Positions 1 to 7,340 of a stretch of 64,000 nucleotides of DNA are shown piece after piece (the stretch's first letter is position 1; each line of letters begins with the position of its first letter). The stretch lies in assembly GCA_964437555.1 (NCBI GenBank), contig CAYTHI010000003.1, positions 782 through 64,781 of the forward strand. Direction: 5' to 3'. The stretch comes from Candidatus Woesearchaeota archaeon (GTDB taxonomy: Archaea > Nanobdellota > Nanobdellia > Pacearchaeales > GW2011-AR1). The position numbers and the translations under genes are program-made. The notes under the pieces are model-generated. The model was given only the letters and a program-made list of their open reading frames with translations. It did not search any database and had not been told where the DNA came from.

Positions 1-291
1 TAGTTTTTTTCCTGCGATGTGCTGAATTTCTAAAGTATAACTATTAGATAATCCGGCTCTTTGTTTAACTTGAGAAGAAGATTTATTATTAATTGAGGAT
101 ATTAACTTTGGGACAGGAATTAATTGTCCTGCTTTTTCTAATAGTTTTGCTTCGCTTCTTGTTCTTAATTTTCTAAGTTTTTCATCTAGAATTAGAAGGC
201 GATATCCTTTGCTAACGCGGGTTTTTATTATGTTATTGCCTTCCTGAATTATTACTGCTTCTGCGCCTCTGGCGATGATTCTTTCTTTCAT
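1..291 (-). CDS. bud32: KEOPS complex kinase Bud32 (Kae1-associated Ser/Thr kinase), N-terminal part; gene runs off the left window edge
   Basis: Manual translation of minus strand from ATG at 291..289: MKERIIARGAEAVIIQEGNNIIKTRVSKGYRLLILDEKLRKLRTRSEAKLL...LEIQHIAGKKL. GAEA glycine loop and YRxxxLDxxLRxxRTRxEA are the conserved Bud32 N-lobe motifs. No in-frame stop to position 1. Not in ORF track because truncated. Confidence 0.7.
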   Translation of the reverse strand, partial: MKERIIARGAEAVIIQEGNNIIKTRVSKGYRLLILDEKLRKLRTRSEAKLLEKAGQLIPVPKLISSINNKSSSQVKQRAGLSNSYTLEIQHIAGKKL

Positions 292-845
292 TTTAATTTT
301 TTTACTCTTTTTATGATTTCATCAGCTATCTTGGCTGGAGCTTTATCTTTTGTGTAGACTATTAGAGCAGAGTATTTTTTAAATAAATGAGGAAATCTGA
401 AATAATTTTCTCTGGCCTTTTCTAATAACCATTTAGGGCCAGCATCCTTAAAATGAGTTCTATCTCTTTCTCTTTTGAAAAGAATGCGTATTGATTCTTT
501 TGCGTCTTTTGATGGAAGGAGACCAACAATTACTGAATTTTCTTTAGCTGTTTTTCTGACTTCCTCGCTTGATTCAGGAAACTTTTTTGAGCTGAATGAA
601 CCTCCTGATAAATCGAAAACAAAATTGTCTTTTTTGTATTCTTTAAGTATTAACTCGTATGAGCCTGTTTTTATCAGCTCTATTATTTTTCCTGATTTTA
701 TTACTTTATCTAGCCCCCCATGCTTTTTGAAGGCTTCTTCTCCTATTTCATCAGGAGAGATGTATTTTAGTTTTAATTTTTTAGCCACTATCTTTGAAAT
801 CGTGGATTTTCCTATTGAGCGAGGGCCTGTGATAGTTATTTTCAT
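288..845 (-). CDS. P-loop NTPase, putative small nucleoside/nucleotide kinase (cytidylate/adenylate-kinase-like fold)
   Basis: Walker A ITITGPRSIGKST at N-terminus, ~185 aa. TGA stop overlaps the bud32 ATG (ATGA), indicating translational coupling. Confidence 0.5.
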   Translation of the reverse strand: MKITITGPRSIGKSTISKIVAKKLKLKYISPDEIGEEAFKKHGGLDKVIKSGKIIELIKTGSYELILKEYKKDNFVFDLSGGSFSSKKFPESSEEVRKTAKENSVIVGLLPSKDAKESIRILFKRERDRTHFKDAGPKWLLEKARENYFRFPHLFKKYSALIVYTKDKAPAKIADEIIKRVKKLK

Positions 846-917
846 CTTAATAAATGAGGAAAAGAGATTAAAAGGGTTTTGGGGAAGGTTTAAATTAATT
901 CTTTCTTTTTCTTTTAT

Positions 918-1313
918 ATGGAAAGAAGCAAATTGCCTTTCAGGAGAAATTGTGAAGGATATTTTTTTAAGGAAGGAAATATTTTGGCTAAAGATAGAGG
1001 GGAATTTACAGAGTTTCCAGGCGGGGGAGTTGATGATGGAGAAACACCCGAAGAAGCATTAACCAGAGAGACTTTTGAGGAAACAGGCGCAATAGTTGAT
1101 AATTTGCAGAAAGTTGGAGATGCCAATTTTATCTGGGGTAAAGACTGGGCTAAGACAGACAAGCAAAAAGAGAGATATAAAAGATTTAAAGGAGAAGAAA
1201 TGCATTTTTTTGTCGGTAAGATAAAAGAATTAAAGGAAACAAAACATGAAGATAAATGGAGAGGTGAGATTTTCATGCCAATCAAAGAGGTTATAAATAA
1301 GTTAGAAGGTTAA
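918..1313 (+). CDS. NUDIX hydrolase
   Basis: Nudix box GGGVDDGETPEEALTRETFEETG (GX5EX7REUXEEXGU). Confidence 0.8.
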   Translation: MERSKLPFRRNCEGYFFKEGNILAKDRGEFTEFPGGGVDDGETPEEALTRETFEETGAIVDNLQKVGDANFIWGKDWAKTDKQKERYKRFKGEEMHFFVGKIKELKETKHEDKWRGEIFMPIKEVINKLEG

Positions 1314-1406
1314 AAACCATTTGGTAAAGATATTAAAAGCTATAGGGAAATGCAGTTGAGGATTTTAAGAGAGAAGGTTTAAAACTTCCAACGAAGTTCA
1401 TTTTTG

Positions 1407-1862
1407 ATGGAGTTGAGCGAGCTTTTAGTCAAGGCAAAGAAAACCAGTTATGCAAGCGGGAATAAAGCAAAAGTCTTAGCAGATGGTTTTGAAGAGTTTG
1501 TTTATGAGGAGGAGGGATACAAATACAGGGATAGATATTATGCTAAGGGCCCTAATCCTTTTGGCGGAGAGGAATTAGTCTGGTATAATGGCGAGGTTAT
1601 TTGGATTATGAATTTTTATGGTTATTTGATTTCTAATAACATTGAAAGTGAAGTAGTATATGCTTTTCTTAGAAAGGCAATGAGTCTTTTAACAAAAGAA
1701 AGGCCTTTCAGAGGCCCATCTAAATTTAAGGAAGGAAAATTTGAGTATAGAGATGAAAATGAAGGGGACATTGGGTCGTTTAGAGGCACAGAAAAGATTT
1801 ATTTTAAGGGAAAGGAAGTTTACCGACTGCATTATCATGGCGGGCTGCTTGGACAGGTTTAA
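1407..1862 (+). CDS. hypothetical protein
   Basis: ORF of 151 aa from ATG at 1407 (track start 1404 is TTG). No motif recognized. Confidence 0.4.
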   Translation: MELSELLVKAKKTSYASGNKAKVLADGFEEFVYEEEGYKYRDRYYAKGPNPFGGEELVWYNGEVIWIMNFYGYLISNNIESEVVYAFLRKAMSLLTKERPFRGPSKFKEGKFEYRDENEGDIGSFRGTEKIYFKGKEVYRLHYHGGLLGQV

Positions 1863-1871
1863 AAGTATTAA

Positions 1872-2090
1872 TTGCGTGATTTTTTCATGAGAGCAACAGC
1901 AAATTGCCCAAAATGCGGAAAAGTATTGACAACTGATTGCGGGGGTTGTATAATAGCAGGCACAGCATGGCATAAGTGCAAAGGCGATAAAGAAATGGAT
2001 GTTATTGAAGTTAAATGGAAGACTTATCCAGAGAATGAGAAAGAGCTTTTAGATGGGGCGAGAGAAAATAAGGACTTTAATGTTAATTAA
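1872..2090 (+). CDS. small zinc-ribbon protein (CPKCG...CGGC)
   Basis: 72 aa with CxxC...CGGC cysteine pairs, immediately downstream of previous ORF. Confidence 0.35.
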   Translation: MRDFFMRATANCPKCGKVLTTDCGGCIIAGTAWHKCKGDKEMDVIEVKWKTYPENEKELLDGARENKDFNVN

Positions 2091-2091
2091 A

Positions 2092-2280
2092 TCAAGACTT
2101 ATCAGCTTTTTCTTTCCTATTCTGCTGTCTTTCTTTTAATGACTCAATTTCTTTTGTGAAGTACTCATATAACTCTTCCTGCCCTAATTCTTGAGCCAAT
2201 CTTCTTTTTTCTTCATGCAATTCTATCTGCTTTTGTATAGATGCTATTCCCCTCTTGAGCCGATTTTTTCTTTTTGCCAT
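2092..2280 (-). CDS. small coiled-coil protein, translationally coupled to upstream NTase gene
   Basis: 62 aa, K/R/E-rich helical. Its ATG overlaps the NTase stop (TAATG). Confidence 0.35.
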   Translation of the reverse strand: MAKRKNRLKRGIASIQKQIELHEEKRRLAQELGQEELYEYFTKEIESLKERQQNRKEKADKS

Positions 2281-3041
2281 TATATTTTTAGATTATCTTT
2301 TAATAAATTAAGGAGCTTTTCTAAATCTTGCGGATTTAATATGATAGTTAACTTTTGGTCTCTTTTAATTGATTTATATGCCTTATCTATTGCCTTGTAA
2401 TCTATTCCCCCGGCATTTTCTTCAATCCACGATTCAAAAGCATTATTTGAGTATTTCTTTCCTGACAATAAGCATTTAATTATATATAGGCCTTTTAATC
2501 TCAATATCAGAGAGTAGGCAACCCCGTCTAAATTCTCTTTTCTGCTGATAAGTGATTTGTTTATTTTCATAATGCTTTTTGTTTCTTTTATATAGAATTT
2601 AAGATCTGATTTTTTAGGAGGGTATTTTTTTCTTAAATCCTCTAAAAGCTGCGCGTTTATTATGGGCTTTGCGTCAGAAAGAATTGAATAAATTAAAATT
2701 GGAGCAATTTTTATTGAGCCGGTTATGTCCTCTTTTTTTATGGAAATTATTTCATATCCTCTTGATTTTATTTTTATTTTCCTGCCTGAAATAATAAGCA
2801 AGTCTATGTCAGAGCCCGTTTCAGCTTCGTTTCTGGCATGAGAGCCATATAAGTAAAGCCCTTCTATTTCTTCAAGATGACTTCCTAATAATGATAAAAT
2901 CTTTTCTTTTAAGGATTTAGCAGGACGAACTATGATTACTTCCTGCCCGAGCCATTCTTTTGGGGCAAATATATGGGCGCCGTTACCTATTCCTGTGACT
3001 TTTCTTACTATCTGCTCATGATTTTCCAATTGCTTTAACAT
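2280..3041 (-). CDS. nucleotidyltransferase (Pol-beta/MNT superfamily) with N-terminal AbrB/SpoVT-like swapped-hairpin segment
   Basis: GSHARNEAETGSDIDLLII matches the GS-x9-DxD NTase motif. N-terminal VRKVTGIGNGAHIFAPKEWLGQEVIIV resembles the AbrB/MazE DNA-binding fold. Confidence 0.6.
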   Translation of the reverse strand: MLKQLENHEQIVRKVTGIGNGAHIFAPKEWLGQEVIIVRPAKSLKEKILSLLGSHLEEIEGLYLYGSHARNEAETGSDIDLLIISGRKIKIKSRGYEIISIKKEDITGSIKIAPILIYSILSDAKPIINAQLLEDLRKKYPPKKSDLKFYIKETKSIMKINKSLISRKENLDGVAYSLILRLKGLYIIKCLLSGKKYSNNAFESWIEENAGGIDYKAIDKAYKSIKRDQKLTIILNPQDLEKLLNLLKDNLKI

Positions 3042-3075
3042 GTATATACTTAGTATATACTAGTATTTAAGTGTT

Positions 3076-3414
3076 TTGGGGCGGATGGTTTGGAAAGAAG
3101 GCGAAGGACTAAGAATAGAAGAGAAGCTGGACAATATCAAGAAAGAGATAATAGGGCTTGCGCAGGAGAAGAATACGGATGTCCTTTTTTTTTTTTGTAA
3201 AAAGTGCTCAATAAAGGAATATGAAAAAATTATTTATCCTGATGATAAGGAAGGTTTCGCGGAATTAATCAGGAGCAAGGGGCTTTATAACAAATTTTCT
3301 TCCCTTAATTATTTTAAGCTTGCTCCTGCAATAAGAAAAAAAGAGCTGGATGCAGAAATTCTGGGCTTAATCAAAAAGGAAAAGGATTTTAGGCTGTCAT
3401 TAAGGGATATTTGA
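3076..3414 (+). CDS. hypothetical protein
   Basis: 112 aa ORF. Contains a T12 homopolymer (3186-3197) encoding FFFF. 3-prime end overlaps antisense with the RadC fragment. Confidence 0.3.
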   Translation: MGRMVWKEGEGLRIEEKLDNIKKEIIGLAQEKNTDVLFFFCKKCSIKEYEKIIYPDDKEGFAELIRSKGLYNKFSSLNYFKLAPAIRKKELDAEILGLIKKEKDFRLSLRDI

Positions 3415-3582
3415 TAAGGGATATTCTTTTAGCATTCTGTTTGCCATGTCTGTGACATTTTCATTAATCGTTCCTGTCCTTAGAATTATCGCGAAAAGCT
3501 CCGCGTCGCTCAGCGCTTCTGCTCCGTGCTTCAGGAAACGCTCTCTGGGCTTTGATGAATCTGGGAGGTCTTTGATACGCAT
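3400..3582 (-). CDS. truncated RadC-like protein: N-terminal helix-hairpin-helix segment only, no JAB domain
   Basis: MRIKDLPDSSKPRERFLKHGAEALSDAELFAIILRTGT matches the RadC/UPF0758 N-terminus (LPxxxRPRERLxxxGxxxLSDxELLAILLRTG). ORF stops after 60 aa. No JAB (HxHPxG) motif downstream in any frame that I could see. Confidence 0.55.
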   Translation of the reverse strand: MRIKDLPDSSKPRERFLKHGAEALSDAELFAIILRTGTINENVTDMANRMLKEYPLSNIP

Positions 3583-3640
3583 GAATTTAGAACGAAAAGA
3601 AATTATTTAACTCTTATTACTGGGTTTTGGATTAATTCGA

Positions 3641-4018
3641 TTAAACAGGAACCACCATTGTCTGCTGTGGAAGGTTTTGTGTGTTTTCCTGAACAATAAT
3701 CGGATTAACTTCCCTAATCTGATTTCTTATCATTATCTCATAGAATAATCTTAGTTCGATGGTGTTTTCCTCAATTTTAGCTTCAAATTTCCATTTTGGT
3801 ATCTGTCTTAGATAGATTTTGTCTACTCTAAAAAACTTAGAGGCATCAAATATCTGAATTCCAACTATATATCTGTCTTCATCTATGTCAACTATCATAT
3901 TCTGAAATTCCAAGGAGAAGTCATATTCCCTGTTTTTTACCTTGAAAAATAAGATGTCATTTACATAATCATAGTCCATTTCCCCTTTTCCTTCCAGATG
4001 TCTTGTTTTTTGTTCCAT
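3641..4018 (-). CDS. DUF2283-like putative antitoxin
   Basis: N-terminus MDYDYVNDILFFKV resembles the DUF2283 YDxExDxLYI signature. Immediately downstream of, and 2 nt from, the DUF4258-like ORF. Confidence 0.45.
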   Translation of the reverse strand: MEQKTRHLEGKGEMDYDYVNDILFFKVKNREYDFSLEFQNMIVDIDEDRYIVGIQIFDASKFFRVDKIYLRQIPKWKFEAKIEENTIELRLFYEIMIRNQIREVNPIIVQENTQNLPQQTMVVPV

Positions 4019-4019
4019 T

Positions 4020-4337
4020 TTATATTCTTGGTATATTTGTGAAGTAAAATGACACTATTTTAATCTTTTGGTGTTGGATGTCTGCTATTATCCTCATTGT
4101 CTTTTTTTCGTGCTTGTAGAAAATAGCGTAATTTCCATTGTTTTGGATTCCTACCACTATTGGAGTATCGTGGAGGATATATTCCTTAAGCTTTTCACAT
4201 TTAAATATCTTCCTTTGCTTATCACTTAGTCTGAAGAAAGTATGCTCTGTGCATTCAATCTGTTCTGACTTGTAATCTTTGATTATGCTAAGAAACTCCT
4301 CAATTTCTAACTTTTTCGCTATTAAATTGCCATACAT
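4020..4337 (-). CDS. DUF4258-like putative toxin
   Basis: 105 aa. The ECTEHTFFRLSDKQRKIF segment resembles the DUF4258 HAxxRmxeRgI core. DUF4258/DUF2283 is a known two-gene TA arrangement. Confidence 0.45.
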   Translation of the reverse strand: MYGNLIAKKLEIEEFLSIIKDYKSEQIECTEHTFFRLSDKQRKIFKCEKLKEYILHDTPIVVGIQNNGNYAIFYKHEKKTMRIIADIQHQKIKIVSFYFTNIPRI

Positions 4338-4375
4338 TCAATTTTATGGATTTTTGAGATTATAATTTTTTCTTT

Positions 4376-4423
4376 TTAAGGTTCTCCTGGCTTGCTGGAA
4401 TCCGGGAGGTCTTTGATTCTCAT
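4376..4423 (-). pseudogene. second, paralogous RadC-like 5-prime gene fragment (15 codons then stop)
   Basis: Minus strand reads ATGAGAATCAAAGACCTCCCGGATTCCAGCAAGCCAGGAGAACCTTAA = MRIKDLPDSSKPGEP*. It is about 80 percent identical to the start of the 3400..3582 gene, and the differences are mostly synonymous. Confidence 0.5.
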
Positions 4424-4520
4424 TATCTTTCCTTAGTTAGAGGATTATAAAAATCAATTGTTGGGGAACCCAGCATAATTATTTAAAGGCAGAAATGTTT
4501 AAATAGCCAATGGGGAGGGT

Positions 4521-4766
4521 TTGGACATGGAACAGGCACAATTGATAGAAAGATTTGGAAATGATAGCGACTGGTTCTATAGGAATACTGATAAGTTAAG
4601 AGAGGAAGGATATGTAGATAAATTTGTAGCAATAAAAAATTTTCAACCCATTGCTTCTGACGAGAATATAGATGTCCTTATAGGCAAACTTGAGGAGAGA
4701 AAAGAAAACTTGGCCTTTGTGTTTATAGAATTTGTTTATCCAAAAGATTACGTTCTTCTTTTGTAA
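4521..4766 (+). CDS. small hypothetical protein (DUF5678-like?)
   Basis: 81 aa. KFVAIKNFQPIASDENIDVLIGKL resembles a small beta-rich DUF often found beside retropepsin-like genes. Weak call. Confidence 0.35.
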   Translation: MDMEQAQLIERFGNDSDWFYRNTDKLREEGYVDKFVAIKNFQPIASDENIDVLIGKLEERKENLAFVFIEFVYPKDYVLLL

Positions 4767-4767
4767 A

Positions 4768-5196
4768 ATGATTAAAATACCTGCCCAGATTGCTTATTTT
4801 GCTGGAGGTTTCAGGCCCATGCTTAAAGTTATACTCGCTTCTGAGGACCCCAAGATATTTCTTCCGATTAGTGCCATTATTGATACGGGCAGTCCGACGA
4901 CACTTATAGGAGGTGCGGACATGAGGAGAATGAGATTATCAAAGCTCCAGATAAACAAGATAATTGGCAGAAAGGAAGAAGTCGATATAGGCGGTAGCAA
5001 ACTGCAAACTATTAAGTTGAAGAATATGGGTTTTAGAATAGGAAATTATTTGAATACTCAATTAGATGTTCAATTTCCCTTGAGCGGTGAAGGTAAAAAA
5101 CAGCCTAGTCTTTTGGGAGTTGATTTTTTAGAGAAAACAAAAGCAAATTTTTGTTTTAACCCTCATAAGAGAGAGTCTTATCTAGAAATAGATTAA
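4768..5196 (+). CDS. retropepsin-like (clan AA) aspartic peptidase
   Basis: AIIDTGSPTTLIGG contains the hhhDTG(S/A) active-site motif of retroviral-type aspartyl proteases. ATG at 4768 (track start 4732 is a non-ATG start). Confidence 0.5.
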   Translation: MIKIPAQIAYFAGGFRPMLKVILASEDPKIFLPISAIIDTGSPTTLIGGADMRRMRLSKLQINKIIGRKEEVDIGGSKLQTIKLKNMGFRIGNYLNTQLDVQFPLSGEGKKQPSLLGVDFLEKTKANFCFNPHKRESYLEID

Positions 5197-5210
5197 GGAG
5201 TATTGCCTTC

Positions 5211-6575
5211 CTACAACCGCATACCCTTCTTGCCCATCTTTCTTGCCATTTTCATTAATGTTTTTTGGTCTATCTTTCCTTCGGCCATTGAACTTTGGGA
5301 TTTAATTAATTCTTTGAGCATTTTGTATTGCTTTATTAAAGCACGGATGTCTGAAGTGCTTGTTCCTGAACCCTTTGCTATTCTTTGCATTCTGGATGTC
5401 TGTTTTTCCAATATTTCAGGGTTCTCTATTTCTTCTTTTGTCATTGAGTTTATTGCGTTCTTGTAGTTCTTCATTTTCTTTTGCTGCTGCTCTAACTGCT
5501 CTCCTGTGATTTTTTCTTTTGCTTTTCCTAATCCAGGAACCATTGAAAGAATTTTATCCATAGAGCCGAGAGATTCCATGGATTCCAATTGTGCCTGGAC
5601 ATCTCTTAATGTTAGCTTGCCTGCTTCTATATTTTCTTGAGTTTGTTTTAATTTGCTTTTGTCTGTTATAGAATGTATTTTTTCAATTAAGGATTTTAGG
5701 TCGCCCATGCCTAATAATCTGCTTAAGAATGAATCAGGGTCAAATAATTCCAAGTCATGTGGCTTTTCCCCGGTTCCTATAAAGATTACAGGGACTTTAG
5801 CTTCATAGCAGGCTGTTAAAGCGCCTCCTGCTTTTGCTGTTGAATCCATTCTTGTTATTATTACTCCTGTGATTTCTACTGCGGATTTAAATGTCTGGGC
5901 TTGTTTCTTTGCGGCCTGCCCTATATCTGCAGCCATTACTAAGAAAGTCTCTGTTGGCTTTGCTATCTTTGCAATTGTTTTTATTTCTTTTATTAATTCT
6001 TCGTCCAAAGCGTCTCGGCCTGCTGTGTCTACTAAAATTAGGTCGTATTCTTCTAAGTCTTCTTCGTATTTTTTCCAGATTTTTACAGGGTCTTTTTCAT
6101 TTTTGTCTATGAATACTGCGAAATTGTTTTTTTCTCCTAATTGCTTTAGCTGCTCGGATGCTGCTGGTCTGTGGACGTCCAATCCTATGGCTGCAACTTT
6201 ATGGCCCCTTTTGCTGTAATATAATGCTAATTTTGCTATGCTCGTCGTTTTTCCACAGCCATATAGCCCGAGCATCATGAATGTGTTTTTCTTTTTTAGG
6301 AGCAGGGTTTTTGATTCTCCTAAAATTGTTCTTAATTCATCGTGCAAAAGCTTAATGATGTGTTCTTTCTTTTCTATGCCTTTTATCCTTTCATCCAAAG
6401 CTGCCTGCTTTATTTTCTGGGTTATTTCCAATACTAACTGGACGTTTACGTCTGCTTCTATTAAGGCACGTTGAAGGTCTTTTACTATTGAATCTACTAG
6501 ATTTTTGTCAAGAAAGATAGCGTTCGCTATCTTGTCTGTTGTTTTTTTCAGTATTGAGGATAGCTTGTCTAACAC
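5211..6575 (-). CDS. srp54: signal recognition particle protein SRP54
   Basis: N/G domain with LGLYGCGKTTSIAKLA, DTAGR, and C-terminal Met-rich M domain. 454 aa. Confidence 0.95.
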   Translation of the reverse strand: MLDKLSSILKKTTDKIANAIFLDKNLVDSIVKDLQRALIEADVNVQLVLEITQKIKQAALDERIKGIEKKEHIIKLLHDELRTILGESKTLLLKKKNTFMMLGLYGCGKTTSIAKLALYYSKRGHKVAAIGLDVHRPAASEQLKQLGEKNNFAVFIDKNEKDPVKIWKKYEEDLEEYDLILVDTAGRDALDEELIKEIKTIAKIAKPTETFLVMAADIGQAAKKQAQTFKSAVEITGVIITRMDSTAKAGGALTACYEAKVPVIFIGTGEKPHDLELFDPDSFLSRLLGMGDLKSLIEKIHSITDKSKLKQTQENIEAGKLTLRDVQAQLESMESLGSMDKILSMVPGLGKAKEKITGEQLEQQQKKMKNYKNAINSMTKEEIENPEILEKQTSRMQRIAKGSGTSTSDIRALIKQYKMLKELIKSQSSMAEGKIDQKTLMKMARKMGKKGMRL

Positions 6576-6653
6576 GGAAAAGCGAGGAGATTTTGAGTAT
6601 TAAAGTTTTTGGGTTTGGAATAGGTTTAAATATCGCTCTTTTTGAACTGATTT

Positions 6654-7340
6654 ATGACAGACGCTGGAAGAATAGAATGTGCGAGATATGAGCCTTTCAC
6701 GCCAAGACTTGCTCACTTAGATGCTTATGTTAGGGATTTTATGAAAACCCACCTTAGGGAGGATTTGCTTCAGTATCATACAATGGACCATACTTTTGAT
6801 CCTCAGAATGGAGTTATTGCTGTAGCCCATAATCTATATCTTCTTGAGACTCCAAGCGACTTGCATTTTGGGGAAGATCATGAATCGCTTGCAAGTGCAG
6901 CGACTTTGCATGATTTTGGACTTGCTCTTAGCCCTGTATATGAAGGACATGAAGATAGGGGAGCAGCCCATGCTTGTGTTATTCTTCCTGCTCCTGAGTT
7001 CGGATACACTTATGGGCAGGCTTTAAAAGTATCAAGGCTTATAGGCTCCAGTAAAGTTTCGGAAACTCCAAACGATATCCTTGCTAAGATCTTAAGGGAT
7101 GCTGATGTTGCGAATCTTGGGGACCGTGAGCTATTTTGGCTTTCTAACGAAGCCTGGAGGCAGGAGTCAGGAGTGAATGACATGCATCAGTGGCTGAAAG
7201 GAACTGCTGACTTTATGAGATGTTCTGATTTTGGTACAGAATCTGCCAGAAGATTGTATTCTGAAGTCAAACAGGATAATCTTAGAGGCATCGAAGGAAT
7301 ACTTAGGCAATTAGAGGAAAGAAGGAAGTCACAGGCCTAA
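6654..7340 (+). CDS. HD-domain phosphohydrolase family protein
   Basis: HTMDHTF...HNLYLLE...ATLHDFG is the H...HD...D metal-binding pattern. Noticeably more G+C-rich than its neighbours. Confidence 0.65.
   Translation: MTDAGRIECARYEPFTPRLAHLDAYVRDFMKTHLREDLLQYHTMDHTFDPQNGVIAVAHNLYLLETPSDLHFGEDHESLASAATLHDFGLALSPVYEGHEDRGAAHACVILPAPEFGYTYGQALKVSRLIGSSKVSETPNDILAKILRDADVANLGDRELFWLSNEAWRQESGVNDMHQWLKGTADFMRCSDFGTESARRLYSEVKQDNLRGIEGILRQLEERRKSQA

Noticed and set aside
5869-6474. Overlapping/antisense ORFs in the track within srp54 (5869..6219, 5891..6112, 6238..6474)
   Set aside because: They lie entirely within the far longer, motif-supported srp54 reading frame, on the opposite strand. Their composition is low-complexity, so they are spurious.
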